In this document: one piece after another, positions 32,239 to 49,466 of the stretch
Layout: each line of letters begins with the position of its first letter
How positions within the stretch are numbered: the stretch's first letter is position 1
Source: the human T2T-CHM13v2.0 reference genome, Homo sapiens
Length of the DNA stretch: 64,000 bases
Strand: one strand, 5' to 3'
NCBI RefSeq assembly: GCF_009914755.1
Contig: NC_060939.1
The notes under the pieces: model-generated
Databases searched by the model: none
What the model was told of the DNA's origin: nothing
Seen by the model: the letters and a program-made list of their open reading frames with translations, nothing else
Made by a program: the position numbers and the translations under genes

Positions 32239-35200
32239 TGCTAACTGCAAATTGCACATTCTGCAAATGGTTCAGCGTAGGAACAGAAGGCTTTTTCTGA
32301 TCTCTTCTTGAAGGTAGGTCCAGGGCCTTTGGCTTATCTTCTTTTCAAAGACCATATAGGAAGAGGTTTTCAAACAAGGATGGAGCAAGAGGGCAGCGGC
32401 GCTTGGACCACCTGCAGGCAAAGACACAGGAGAAACCCCACCTGCCCTCACAGCATGTGGGAGAGCAGAAGGGGCAGAGATAACCGCTGGCAAAGGGAAC
32501 ATGTGGGAGAAAGTAAGGGGAAATCAATAAAACAGAGTTTAAAAAAATAATGTGCTTTCCATGCCATGAAGGAAAGTCATGATGAAGGCCCAAGTTAACT
32601 CCCCAAATGCTTTCAGGATCACAGAAATGACACTGTCAAATACAACATTAGTTTTCTGAAGCCTACGGGCTGAATTTTATTTATGTTAAGTTAACTCCCA
32701 TTTAAAAAGATAGCATATTCTACATCAAAGGGAAAAAAACTTTTCCTAATGTATCCATTTCTCTTCTGAAGCACACGAGCTGTTGCTATATAATGCTTTG
32801 TGGTGTTTTCTCAACTGTACTTGCTTTTCTCTGTATCAGGAAATGCACAGTAAACAGGCTCAAGCCTGGGTCTGCTGCTTCTCAATGCCAAACCGGCAAT
32901 CGTTTGATTGTGTGTGTGTTTTTAAATGCATTGTTAGTTTTAACTAAGATTTATATATGTTCCATGAATGATGTTTCAAAGCAGGAGAGAAAAAGAGGAT
33001 CAGGCATCGCTATAAAATCAGTTCCTGGTAAATTGTGTAAAAGTGCAAACCATAAGCTGTCAAGAGGATTGGACTGGGGTGGCCTTTGGGGAATGATTCA
33101 GGTTTCTGCGGTGACTGTTTTGTTCTCCCTGGAAGTTCAGCTGGTGGTTTCCTGGGTCTGATCAAAACTTCACCACCTGGTGAAGATAAGCACTAGCTGT
33201 CTACCAGCTTTCTGGATATGGTTTTCCTGGCCATCAGAAGAGACTAAAATTTCCATCTTTCTGAATTGCTGGCCTTCTCATTGTTCTCCAAATATACTTT
33301 GCTCATTTCTGAGTCTGAGTGCTAGTTAGTTTGAACTAGTTAGCTAGTTCTTTTCCGAGTGTAGAGAAGTCAATTTTAGTGTAAACACAGTGGATAAGAC
33401 CATGGACTTGGCAGTGGGATGGCCTGGATTAACTCTCTGGTCTGCCATTTACTGGTCCATGTCTCAGTTGAAAATGGGGATAATACGATTATCTACCTCA
33501 CAGAGGTATTAAGAGCAAATAAGTAATATGTAAAAGTTATTTAGAATAGTACCTGGTACATAGTGAGTTCTTTATTTTAGAGTGTTTGCAATGATGATGA
33601 TTGTTGTAGTTGTTATTTTTCTGGTGACCTCATTACAGTTTTTTTCTCTGGGGAGCTGATCTTGTTCTGACATGGCTTAGATGGAGCTGACCTCACCTGC
33701 CTCTGTTCTACGGGTGGGCACATAGCCCAGACCTGGCCAATCAATGAATTCTGTCCTCCCAGCTACAGTGATTGCCTCAGGGATAGGAAAGTGATATAAA
33801 TTGGTCCAATCAGGGGATCACAGGAGTGTTTTTAGAACTGTTGAGAAAGAGAGCTTATCTTTTGTGTTGGGGTAGTTAGGGAGTAGGATGTAAGCCAGAA
33901 GATGCAAGGGGCTACCTGTGTGCAGTCAGGCTGAGACTGAAACCAGTGTAGAGGAAAGCAGAGCCAGGTGATGAAGGGAGAAAGAGGAATCAACTGAAAT
34001 TTTAGGACCCCATGGCTCTAGCCATGCCTGAAGCCCTAGGACCACTCTTTCTGCACAAGTCAGTTTGCGTTGGGTTTCTCTCCTTGGCTGTCACTAACTC
34101 AGCCTCCCCTATGACACAATCTATCTCCTCTACCCATTCATATGCAACCCATCCTTTGAGGCACTGTACAAAGCCCACACCTTCAGGAAGTAATGCTTCC
34201 TTTTCTAAGTTCCTATAGTACCTACCCTCTGGGCCATCAATCTAGTACTTATTATTCACTTTAGAAAGTATATCTTTGCCAATGCAGCTATGGCATCTCT
34301 TCAGTGCTACAGATTGACTCCGTGTTTTACTGTTTGGTGATTTCCATAACCGTTTGCACATCTGGCATTTTACAGCAAGCTTGCCAGTATTTATTATTTT
34401 AATTCCTTCTATCCTCTTATATCCATCAGAAGTGGATTAAATACTTCAGTATGCAAAGACATGTAAGCATAGGAGTACATGAAGTAAACTGAAGATGGGG
34501 CAAACAAAGTTATATTGTTCATGTAGGTAACTTTCAAGTGAAAAGCCCAGCTTCTTGTCACATGTGAGAAGCAGCAGTAGGATGTGGACTTGTTTATATT
34601 TGTCCCATCAGGTTGTAGGCTTCATAAGAGCAAGGACTAGCTCTATTTTTTAAACACTGTCCTTAGTGCTTGGCTCAGTATATGGCACATTGTATATGCT
34701 CAGTAAATACTTGTTGAGTGAATGCTGCATGTTGTAGTATAGGGGGCTTCCATTAATAACTAACCCTTACCAACATGTAAAGGAAATGAACTAAGGAACT
34801 AAGAAAGGAATTGCTAGTTCTGTGAAGCCAACACCTTCTTTCCATTATTCTGAGCTCTTTCTACCATCACCTCATTTCTCCAAATTACAAGAATAAATTA
34901 AGGCATTCCCTAGGATGACAGATGAGGTGTAACGACAATAGTATGTTTGGAATTTCCAGGTCTGTAAGAAAATTGGTATGAATTCCAGATCCAACAAGGA
35001 AAGGCTTACGATCTTCAGAATGAGTGAGTGGAGGAATATGAAAGTTGAATCACAGGTTTATAAAAAGGCACTGTATTGAAATGTTCACTATATACAAAAA
35101 AAAAATCTGGGTTTGGATCAGTCTTATTTTCTTGGCATCATTATACAGCATCAGTTCTATAGAAGCTTTATGTACTATAAATTGAAGAAAATACATGCTC

Positions 35201-35737
35201 CTTTTCCTTTAAACTAGTTGATTTTCTCCCATAGAAAGTATGAATATATTAGTTATTCCCTTTCCCAGCACAATATTTTTTATTCATCCTTTATTATTCA
35301 CATGGCAAAATTATCATTAAAAGCTCATTTTATTAGGTCAATAGTCTTGAAAACATTGTTGCTCCTTCACCATAAAATGCAAGCTAAATCAGACAGCCAA
35401 GGCCTTCAGTAATTTGACCCCAATCTACCTTTCCATGGCTGAACTTTTCCCCTGTCCCCCATACAAGCCTCTAATCCATTTACCTTTGTCTATTTACTGT
35501 CTCTCTCACTTGATTCATACCTTTGTTCTTCTGAACCTTTCTGCCTATTCAAACATGTGTTTTCTTTTAAGTAACATTCTTTAATCACTCCAACTGGAGG
35601 TAGGCTGTAGCGTTTATGACCTGCATCACTAGTTCCTTGTGTTGTCTCAGCATTTCATGTGAATGTGTTCTATGTCTTTTACTATAAACTTTTTAAAGGC
35701 AGGGATCACATCTTAGATTTACTGATATTTTTCTTTC

Positions 35738-36035
35738 TTACTTTTCTTTTGAGATGGAGTCTCACTCTGTTGCCCAGGCTGGAGTGCAATGGTGCAATCA
35801 TGGCTCACTGCAGCCTCAACCTCCCTGGGCTCAGGTGATCCTCCCAACTCAGCCTCCTGAGTAGCTGGGACTACAGATGTGTGCCACCATGCCCAGCTAA
35901 TTTTTCTGTATTTTTGGTAGAGATGGGTTTTCAACATGTGGCCCAGGCTGGTCTCAAACTCCTGGACTGAAGCACTCCACCTGCCTCTGCTTCCCAAAGT
36001 GCTTGGATTACAGGCGTGAGCCACTGTGCCTGGCC
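35738..36035 (-). mobile_element. AluJ
   Basis: Diverged dimer (ctgcagcctcaacctccctgggctcaggtgatcctccc). Confidence 0.85.
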
Positions 36036-36596
36036 CCTCTTTGCATTTTTCTTTACATATAATATAAATTATTTCAATGATTATTATGGTAATAACTCTG
36101 GTAATACATAGCTAAGGATTTTCACTGTTCATGTCTGGGGAGGTTTTGCTCTTTCTCAGGCAGTAATGCCAAGTGCAATAAAGTTTTCAAATTTATAAAC
36201 TATCCTTCATGATTGAAGTTAATCAAAATTGCTTTCCAAATCTTCTGTTTCACAAAGATCTTAATAACTGAGAGCTTTGCAAACCAATAAGCAAAAGACA
36301 AAATACCTAACAGAAAATTGGGAATGGGATCTTTATACTTAATAAATAGCTACTAAAATATGGAAAGATGCCAATCTTTACTTAAAATTAAAGGTGAGAA
36401 AATAAAAAATGAGATTCTGTCTTTCCACTCTGAGACTGATGAAAAATTTTAAACATTAAAATTGCCAGTTAACAGTGTGGGGAAAGGTATAGGGAACTAG
36501 GAACCTATATACACAGCTGGTGGGAGTACAAATCTGGTATAATGACTTTGGAGGGCTATTTAGCAATATATATGAAAATTTAAAATTCACCTAATC

Positions 36597-36920
36597 TGGC
36601 CAGGTGTGGTGGTGCACGCTTGTAATCCCAGCATTTTGAGAGGCCTAGGTGGGTGGATCACCTGAGGTAAGGAGTTCAAGACCATCCTGGCCAACATGGT
36701 GAAAGCCCATCTCTACTAAAAAATACAAAAATCAGCTAGGCGTGGTGACAGGTGCCTGTAATCCCAGCTACTCGGAAGGCTGAGGCAGGGAGAATTGCTT
36801 GAACCCTGGAGGTGGAGTTGCAGTGAGCTGAGCTCGTGCCGCTGCACTCCAGCCTGGGCAACAGAGCGAGACTCTATCTCGAAATAAACATAAATAAAAT
36901 AAAATAACATAAAATAAAAT
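36597..36920 (+). mobile_element. AluS inserted in an old L1M fragment
   Basis: TSD AAAATT(C/T)ACCTAATCT. L1M-like flanks (gctggtgggagtacaaat...actttggagggc). Confidence 0.85.
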
Positions 36921-36957
36921 TTACCTAATCTTAGATTGAAGAAGTCTACTTTTGGGT

Positions 36958-36970
36958 ATGTGTGTGTGTG

Positions 36971-37022
<52 letters not shown>
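36958..37022. repeat. Compound (TG)n(TA)n(TG)n(TA)n microsatellite
   Basis: Read directly from the sequence. Confidence 0.95.
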
Positions 37023-37644
37023 CATATTTAAAATTATTTAAATGCATAAATATATGTATATGTAAAAAGTTGCCCATTGTAGTATTATATACAATAGCAA
37101 AAGACCACCTAATGCTCTTCAGTAGGGGATTAACCCGAGGTTAAGTAGCAAGCTGTGGTGGGACCAGGATTTGAATCCAAGCTAACTCCACATTTATAAA
37201 TACAATGCTTTACTGCTGTCAACTGAAATAGGGCCATTTTCTTAGAAGCTCAAAATGCTCTATTACACGTTGTTCTGGGTTTTGGCCAAAGGAAGAGTAG
37301 TTAGAAATATGTCATAAACATTACTAAAGTCATTAAACCAGTCAGTGACAGAGACAAGATTAGAATTCCCATGTTCTTGAGTCTCAATCTATGAAGCACC
37401 CTGCCGTTTCTCATCTCAGTTTTGAGTTGACACACATTTATTTAACTTAGTTGCATGTCTGTAAAAAAAAAAAAATATTCTAATGAATCTTTCAAGGTGT
37501 TCTGCTAGCTGCTCTGTTTTGAAGTATATCTGATGCATGATTTATGTATTAGATTGATTAAAAACACGTCCATTACTTCGGGGCCTTTGGTGGATTTTTA
37601 AAGGAAGAATATGACATATTCAATCCAGCAGTTAAGATTCTCCA

Positions 37645-39133
<1,489 letters not shown>

Positions 39134-40583
39134 GCTCTGAGGAGATAAGTAGACTTGACCTCTCTAACTCAAGATGCGGAAACAGAGCTACCACAGTCTT
39201 GCTTCCATTCCTTATGGCTCAAACCTTCAAATGTCTTTTGCAAAGGCAAGCAACTGATTCTTCTCCTGCCAGGCTTAAGTTATTAAACTCCCATTACATT
39301 TAGACAAAATGCAATTCTCAAAATAGGATGCTAACACAAGTGCCAATGTGCCTAGTAAACTGAAGGAAGGAAGAATGATTGAAAGTACAAAGATCTTTCA
39401 AAATCAACATTGTGTACAACAGATTCATAATTCCTTTTAGAAGTTAGCTCTGGAAGGGGCACTAGATGGACAGAACATAAGGGTTCATTTCTGTCTCCCT
39501 GACTCTGTTTTTCAATTAAGTTTTAGGACTTGCCAAAAATATTCTAGGGTTTGGAAGAGAAAAAGGTAAAAAGGTTGCAAGAGTGCAAGATTTCAAGATT
39601 CATCTTTGAAAGCTAGGTTAATGGATTAGTCTGCCAAAAATATGAAAATATAAAAATATTATAAATTAGTCAGATGTCCATGGCTGTAATCTGTTTGCCT
39701 GATGCCAGATGTACTTATGATAGGAAAAACAGGCGGCTTAAAAATAGCTAGAAAATGTTAAGTACTTATATAACACATTTTTTTGTTTTAAGTATCAAAT
39801 GGGTTGTTATCTTATTAGGGTTTCCAGTAAAAGAAGTGCCTATGATTTAACTTGGACCAATGGTAAGTTTTCCCATTTTAGGATTTCAGTGTTCATTTAG
39901 GGAACTATAATACTATGTAGTACAAATCCTTTATTAAATCAATGCATTCATTATCTGAAATAAAAGTTTTATTCAATCACTGTGTTTTGATAGACTAGAC
40001 TATCGCACACAGGCAGGAGATAATGGATTGAAGAGAGTGTCCTTGAAGGAGAGGAGCTCACAGCTCCTTTCTTATACATTCCCAGGAGACAGTGCATTTC
40101 TGAAACTATCAAGATTTCAGAAGGCTGGCAAGGACTGTGAGCCAGCCCTATGTGGTATAACAAATCAGCACATGAAGGAGCTAACCATATAACTAGTGAG
40201 AGGAAAAAAATGAAATCACCTCTGCTTAAAATCTCTCGATGTCATCTTTTAACTTATTTAAGGTGATTGGCTCAGGTGGCTTTATGGCGACCCAGCCACA
40301 TGTATGGTAAGGAGTCACTAGAAGCCATCATCAAAGTTAGCAAATCTATTTCTGCTCTCTGCAAGCTTTACTCACTTAGATTGATCTGCCCATCTCTCTT
40401 ACTGCCCAACAATTAGGGAAAGAGCAGGAAGCGCTCTTAGGAGAGGGAGGAGAAAGAATACGAGGGCTACTAGGCAGATATGCACAAACACAACACAGAT
40501 CCAGAAAAAAGATGCTAATTGGTATTTTTACATTGGTATGCAAGAGGGAAATCAAGGCTCATTTAAGAAAATGCTCACTTTCT

Positions 40584-40880
40584 GGGCTGGGCACGGTGGC
40601 TCATGCCTGTAATCCCAGCACTTTGGGAGGCTGAGGTGGGTGGATCATGAGGTCAGGAATTCAAGACCAGCCTAGCCAAGATGGTGAAACCCTGTCTCTA
40701 CTAAAAAGACAAAAATTAGCCAGGCATGGTGGTGGGTGCCTGCAATCCCAGCTACTCGGGAGGCTGAGGCAGAGAATTGCTTGAACCCGGGAGATGGAGG
40801 TTGCAGTGAGTGGAGATCATACCACTACACTCCAGCCTGGGCGACAGAGTGAGACTCCATCTCAAAAAAAAAAAAAAAAA
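40584..40880 (+). mobile_element. AluS
   Basis: TSD AAAATGCTCACTTTC. Confidence 0.9.
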
Positions 40881-41060
40881 TGCTCACTTTCCCATAGCTG
40901 CCTACAACTTTGTGCACTGATAGGGTCTTACATATTTTTGTGTTTTGGATGCTGGGATAGTCATCAACATACACTAATTTTGATGCTGATGATCTCTAAA
41001 CTCTTCTGGCAAGAGGGCATGGTTAATAAAAGTTAAAAAAAAACAGAATAAAATGGATTC

Positions 41061-41122
41061 ATATATATATGTGTGTGTGTATACATACATAAATATATAT
41101 ACACACACACATATATATATAT
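41061..41122. repeat. (TA)/(TG)/(CA) microsatellite
   Basis: Read directly from the sequence. Confidence 0.9.
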
Positions 41123-42052
41123 AATGTTTAGAACCGAAATCAAATATATATTTGTGTACGCTAAGAGAAAACCTTGTTAGTTAAATATTGATGTGAGGGT
41201 CTGTCACTTAGTGGCAAAAATTCTTCAAATTTCAAATCTTAAAGATCTCTTCCTCAGTTGTGGGTTTCTCGCAATCATGTGCTGGATGCATACACTACTA
41301 CAAAGATCTCTGGGAAATGCTCTTTGGCAGCAGGACTTGGAAATTATGACGAAAAAACACTCACTAGCACAAGTTGTGTAAAAAGATGTTGATGCTACTT
41401 TCTGAACATTTAATAGCTGTTTGCATTTATTTATACACATAAGTGGCATCACCATATTAATATAAACTGTTTCTATCAAAAGTCGAAGGAAGTGAAAAGG
41501 AGAAGAGGGAGATTCCTAGAGAAAAAAGGGAAGCACAGAATCAGCAGCCTCTACCTTCCAAAAACATTTCAAAAATCACTCTACCCATCAGGAGGATTTT
41601 ACATTTTCCCACTTTATAAAAGGAAGGGAAATAATTCTCGATTGGAGAGAAAGTGACCTTATGATCAAGCCATTGCATTGTTTCCCCACTTTTCAACTTG
41701 TAAAGAGGGCAAGACATAGCTACCCACCTTCTGAAGCAAGGCAGGCCTGAGGTTGCACTTGCTTCATGTGCAGTTCACAGTCAATGTCACATCTACTGTG
41801 TCTTCCGCTTGCAGCTCAGATGCAGTCCTGAAATGCATTAGATGGCATGTGATGGCTTTTTCTGGGTATAGTATCAGAGTGATTCATGAGAAAGGGATCA
41901 GAAATGGGTTGAGTCTTGCAGTGCACAGTGTCTTCATACCCCTGACTAAAATGCTAACAAGGGAACTTTGCAGGGCTCTAAAACAACTCTCAGTCATACT
42001 GTAGTATATACAGTGCTCCCCACTTTGGCCTGGGATTAAGATCCTTTTGAAA

Positions 42053-42143
42053 GGCCAGGCGCGGTTGCTCATGCCTGTAATCCTAGCACTTTGGGAGGCC
42101 AAGGCAGGCAGTTCATCTGAGGTTGGGAGTTCGAGACCAGCCT
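42053..42143 (+). mobile_element. 3'-truncated Alu fragment
   Basis: First ~90 nt of a left arm only. Confidence 0.8.
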
Positions 42144-42665
42144 CACTGTTTTTTTCATATGAAAGGAACCATTCACATCAATGGGTGCTTTGCGGGCCCT
42201 GGGGTCAGAAAATAGGCAGACGTACAAGGCAGTAGGTACCCGTTTCCATTCTTAACTAGGCTAGCATTTTTCCAGTTGAAATGCCCAACATATGCACCTT
42301 TAAATGCCTTACTTAGGCTTTGAATGACTGCAAAAAACAAGTTTTGCTTACGAATTTAGTTTTCCTGTTTTCTCAGTGCTAGGGAAGGAGCACTTTCTTC
42401 TTCTTCTTCTACTGACAATGAGGCTCAGCTCTTGACAATTTAAACTCTGTAAGAAACTCTAGAATTTTGATGCACTGTTGTATTCACTCATTAAGGAACA
42501 AAGCCCCTTTCCAAAATAAATAGACTTGAGGTCTAGATCATGAAGGCCTGAAGAAGTAAAGTTAGGTGCAGAAGAGCCGTCTTTTGAAGAAGTTCACCAT
42601 GAAAATAGTGCACGGGCACAGAGTGGCTGCAGTTATTGCTTATGAGGATAAATGAGATAATGGAT

Positions 42666-43071
42666 ACTCACGGGCTGAATTGTGTCTTTTCCCCACAACC
42701 CCTGTCCCAAATGCACATGCTGAAGTCCTGACTCTCAGTACCTCAGAATGTGACTGTACTTGGAGATAGCACCTTTAAAGAGGTAACTAAGATAAAATAA
42801 GGTCATATGAGTAGACCTTAATACAATATGATTGATATCCTTATAAGAAGAGGAGATCAGGACACAGTCCACACACTGAGGAGTGACCATGTGAGGACAC
42901 AATGAGAGGAAACCATCTACAAGCCAAGGAGAGAGGCCTCAGAAGAAACCAAACCTGCCAGCACCTTGATCTTGGACGTCCACCCTCCAGAACTGTGGGA
43001 AAATAAATTTCTATTGTTTAAGGCACCCCATTTGTGGTATTTTGTCGTGGCAGCCCTAGAAAACTAATACA
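42666..43071 (+). mobile_element. ERVL-MaLR solo LTR (MLT1A/B-like)
   Basis: cctcagaatgtgactgta.ttggagatag, caagccaaggagagaggcctcagaagaaacc, aataaatttct.ttgtttaag, ending gcagccctagaaaactaataca. Confidence 0.8.
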
Positions 43072-46000
43072 GATTTGAAAATATTGGTAATTTATAAAGT
43101 ATTATTATACAAATGTTAGTTATCTTTATTATTATGTGATTGTGTTGCACTGGAATAATGTTATTATTCTAAAAATAAGAGTGAGGGAGGAAGACATATC
43201 ATGAAGGAGCTAGGGAGTGGAAAGTGACCTGGATGTTAAAAAGGAACGTAGTTGAGTAAAAACAGATTGAATGCTAGGTGCTTGGTAGTACCAAGAAGAG
43301 TAAAGTATGCATTTTGACCCCTAGCAAATGTCAACATGATAAGGAAGATGCTGAAAGAAGCTTGGGGAGTGGGGGAAAGGCAATTACTTCTTGTTGGGTG
43401 TGATGAGTGGAGGTGGGGAAGAAGGAGTTTGCAAAGTTTTCATAAAAAGAAAGTAACATTTAAGGTTCAGAAATGAAGACTTTTCTAAGTCAATCAAGTG
43501 AAGGCAGAGGAGAAAGCAAGTTCAGCGGCACTATTACATGAGTGTGCCGTGTTCCTGGGAAGAGCACACACTGTGCCAGCAGGACATGAAACAGAGGGGA
43601 CAGTGCTAGGGGATAAGGTTGAGAAATGGTCGGCATCAATTTGTGAAGGGCCTCGAATGCTGTGTGAAGGGACCTGGACTTTACCTTATAGACAATGAAG
43701 AAGAAAAGTATATATATGTTTTATTCTCTCAATAGTTCTTTACTTTCTGATTTTATCTGTTTTTCTCACTTTCATCTTCATACCTTTACCCAGACTTCAA
43801 GTGCTGTCTCTCCCAGCCTACTGGGTTCCATCAGCCAAATGCTCCTTTAAGTCCATCTTTTCTGAAGATTTAACTGATTTTCCATTGAGTCCATTCTTGA
43901 AAGCTAATCAGTAACCTGGATGTCCTACCCTGTGCAAGGTTTGTCACCAATATGATGGATCTTTTAGGAAAAGTCATTTTAGCAATTTGTTAAGAACTGA
44001 CAATAATGGTCATTTACAGAGGTCTTGTGAGCCAAAGTGTGATGGGCCCAAAACATAGATTAATTGGGAGAGTAAAATGTGTCTAAAAGTTGACATATAC
44101 CCTGTTGTCTAGTCTGGGCATTCTCTCCCTCTCTGTATCTGAATTAAAATAACATCCATCAATTATGGAGCACAGCCAAACAGTTAAATATAAGTTATGA
44201 GATTAATTGGAAATGCATGCCAATTCTTGAACAAGTTTCAAGAGAAACCTTTATTAATTCATGTTTATATATCACAGAGAATAATGAAAGTCACATTCAC
44301 CCTTTACTTAAAACAAACCCTCATCACATCTACTTAAATAGCTCTACAGAACATTTTGACTATGGTGGGTAAGCTGTAACACTACAGAACATGCATCTCA
44401 CCAATAATCTGGTGAAAAAATGGGCTGAATGTCTAAAAAGGCAGAAAAACTCTTATTACCACATTTTCTGCTCCCATGTACCAACTCGTAAATTAGAAGT
44501 AAATGTACCCCGCCTCTGATCTCAAACTCTATCTTCAGTACACTAATAAAATGCTTCCATATTGGCCAAGAGTTAGTTTTTATATTTTTAGAATTTATTC
44601 TTCTAATAAATGTAAAAAATTTAATACATAATTTTAGTTATAGAAAGGAAATTCTTAGAGTATCAGTATAAATGAAGTGGTTAGGAATAAGAACTTTGGT
44701 GTCAGATTACCGAGGTTCAAGTCCTGGCTCTCCAGTTTGTAATGTCCTTGCCCAAGTCAGTTTTAATCTCCTTGTACCTTAGAGAATTACCAAGAAGATT
44801 AAGTAAGGTAATGCGCTACAATGCATGCATAGCACAATAGTGGGTAAAAACAACAAAGTGCTGTATAGAAAAAAATTATTTTCTGCTAGATGCTGGGTCT
44901 CTAAATAGATTTTGAAAGCTCTAGTGTACACCTGTCTCTTTCCACATGGAATGAAGTGAGTTGACAAGGAAGTCATACCGAATGCCCGATAAGACTCCCA
45001 TCTACAACTATAACTCCTCTGCCAGTGGGCAAGAAATGATAATGCTGATGTAATTGATAAGTCACAACTGCAGAAAAGTCAGTTCATTTACAAGTTTCAA
45101 CAAGTGGCTCAGAAGAAGTTAACTTTTACGCAGCTCTAAGCATGGAGGTCAGGGAGTTTGTGTTGACAGAGAATACTTTCGAACCTTTGAAGCAAAAGAG
45201 ATGTTCATACCTAGGCAGAAAGGTTTATTTTGGGTCTTGCCATTGAATAAAAGAGGTGCAAAGTGTAATGTTAAAATTCTTAGTCCAGCTTTGCACCAGG
45301 AGACTGTGCTGAGAACAGTTAGAGTGAAGATCTCACTCCTCAAGCTGGGTGGTGGAGTTGTTGTTTGTTGATCGAAATGTTAAACCAGCATGCTGCATGG
45401 ATAATTTCTCCTCTGGGTAAATGGGTCACAGATACCAGAAGCAGCGCAGATGCCATCTTGTCCATCTGTGCTTCCAGCAGTGTCTGCAACTCTTAAGATT
45501 CCAAAATCGAAAAACAATAAGTTTTCACTGTTGATCTTGAACAGAGCAGGTACACAATCAACAGCTGTTCCACAAACTCATCTACCACTGCAAAGTTGAT
45601 TTCTTTGGGGGTGAGATGTGGATAAAGATTCTCCTATCTTTCTGACACTCAGCACCCATTTTGTCTGGTCCTGTGGTATGTTTTGCTTGAGGAATTTTCC
45701 ATTATCACATCAAATAAAACTAATGTTAAAATATTTGCCATGTCCTCAATTTTTCTGGTTTTTCATTTTAGCAGAAATTCTACTTATAATATGATTGAAA
45801 TGAAAATGCCTTTCTCTAGTTCTGAAAATGATATTCAGGTTATGGTTATTAAAAATAAAACAAAGAAATGGAACTCTAAATAAACATTTAAGACAAAATC
45901 TAATGATGACAAAAATCAGCAATATCAGAGGGCACTTGCTGTTAATTTGATGATGTCAATCAGAGAGGTGAGGCATATGATATGGCACCTTATAAACATG

Positions 46001-47094
46001 GGGCAGGGGAAAAAGTATATATTTTTTATTAATAAATAATAAAACCACAAGAAGAAAACAAAATTCTTTCCACAATACTGTTCAACTTACAAGTTCAATA
46101 AAAATTTCTCATATGGCAGTTTCCTCTCTAAACTGAGAACTTCTCTTGTAACTAAAACTGTCATGAAGTTGCCACATTAGACTAATGATCTTTAGTTATA
46201 ATTGGATAATCAAATTTTAAATTGTCAAGAAATGGAACTGAAATTCATGGAATTTGCCAAGAGAATAACTCTTTGATACACATTTGACAATCTGAAAAAT
46301 ACCACAAGCTTCTATTGCATTATCCAAGGGCAAAGCAAGCACTTGAATATTCTTTTTAAAAGCATTTCCCTCCATGATCTCAGGATTAAAAAATATCTCA
46401 GCCACGTTTGATGAATTTGTAATACATTTGCTTCAAGTTTCCTTTGGAGTAATTTTATCAGAGATGACTTTTCATGAATCCGGTCCTTGGTATAGGTTAA
46501 CTTACAGCTAACCTCTTATTGTAATGACATTTAACCACATACTCACAATGTTGCCCAGTCTCCAATTATTAACTAAGAATATGGAAGAAACAATTCTTGA
46601 ACTGGGTGAAATTTGTAATGAATAGGAATTAAACATTTTTAATGTGTGTGGATTAAGAAGACTATCCTTTACTGAATTTATTTCACATTGAACTGTTGAC
46701 ATTAGAGGTGATATTGACAAAAGTGGGGCTAATCAATATTGAACTCTAAGGGTCAAAGGACTTCATGTTTGGTGTAATAAGCAACTTAGTTTAGGTATTA
46801 CAGTGTTTCAGCAAAGTAACAATTATTAAGGGTCAGGGGAGCTTTCCATTATAAACTGTAATTTGGGGAGGCTTGCATATTTCCAGTCTCCAAAGGAAAG
46901 TGATTGTGTGATCAAGCAAGATGGTGGCTTGGAAATAAAGAGAAAGCGAGTCATTAAATTTGAATTTGAGGAATTAAATTACTTCCATTTTTTAGATTCA
47001 AAACCTTTCTTTTCTTACCATCTCCGTAGATCTTTAATGAAATCACCAAACCCAGGAAATTTTGGATGAAAGGTAAATCTCATTTAAAATTTTA

Positions 47095-47458
<364 letters not shown>

Positions 47459-49056
47459 CTATAAATTATAAATACTACCGAAAGGAGCTCTGTATCAATT
47501 CAGCTAGATATGGTTCAATGAAACATCTTCTGCACTTTCCACTTAGTCCCTGTGTAGAATGTTAGCACCATATGGAGATCGTTACTCTTCACTCAAACAT
47601 ACTTGATCATGCTTGCCTACTCAGTTGCTTAAGATTTCATTTTTCTGCAAATACTACTGTTTATTTAACTAAGAAATAATGCTTTAATTATTTACTGAAA
47701 ATTTTATGTTGGACACATTGTGATTTGAACTTCAGAAAAAGCAAACAATAAGGTAAATATAATATATACCAAATATTTTATAAAAAATAATGATGAAATA
47801 AAAATGGGTAACTTCTTAGAAGTAGATACTGCCTGGCTTAGAATTCAACAACATAATTCATTCCCTTATTATTTTGTTAAATTAACATGAAAAAGTTTAA
47901 GATTATGGACTTTGGGTTTAATAAAAATTGCATATCTGAGCACAGAGGAGGAGGCCCTAGAGTACTAACTCCAGTACTGTCTGTCTATACCGGGCCCAAA
48001 TAAACAAAACTTCTGAATCTTCAAGTCCTTCCTTGGGCAGACACTAAGTGCTCTGCCCTCTTGTGACACTTCTTTTTTGAATTTAGAATGTATAGATACA
48101 TTCAAACAACAGAAGTGGGCATTGATCAGTCAGGGAAGAAGCCATGTACTTTCAGTTTCCATTACATTAAACAAAATACTCATTAGTGCTTGGCATTTTC
48201 CCAAACAAACACAATCAAGGTGTCCACTGAGGGCTCATTGTGCAGTTAAGAAGTTTAAAAAGACCTTCTAGACATCAGCTAGGGACAATTAAGAGATGGG
48301 TTAAACTACTCCGGGGTAAGAAGGCGGGAATTACTGGAAACAAACACATGTAGAAAATCAACTGCAAATAGACAAGCCACTTTATTTTTAAGATCAGTTA
48401 GATATTCAAAGAGAGAAAGACTAAAGATTCCTCTGCTTAATAATTATTGCCCTCCTTGATGAAATCACAATACACTTTACTATGGGAGTATTCAGGTACA
48501 TTAAAACTAAGTCACGTCTAGATATGTGGCAGAAAAAAAAAAACCTAATGGAAATCTGTCATCACAACATAATTGTTCCCATCCTTTACTCAACAAGTGA
48601 ACTAAGTGCTACTACTACTAACAGGTCATAATAATGTAAGTTGTCTCAGAAATCTATATCCATTAAAACTGTTGAAACATGTTTTATGCTAAACATCCAC
48701 CCCCAGATCCTCTTAGAACAGCTTCTAGAAAATATTACTGAGAGCAAATACTTGCATGCAGATCAGATCAACTAAACTGTTTTTTCCAAGTGTTTTCTTC
48801 TTTCTTTCCTTCATTCTTTCTCTTTTTCCCTTTGTCTCTTTCTGCCATCCACCCATCCATCCAACATTCATTAAGTACTATCTGCCAGGCACTGTGACAA
48901 GTGCAAAGCCTCTAAGAGTGAACAAGACAGACAAGGGTTATGCGTACATGAAGTAACAGGCTAGCACATGCTGTAAAAGCTTTTATATGACCTTTGTTGC
49001 TGTTGGTATTAAAACAACTACATTTGAGAAATCTTAATTCAAGACTAGTATCATAA

Positions 49057-49466
<410 letters not shown>
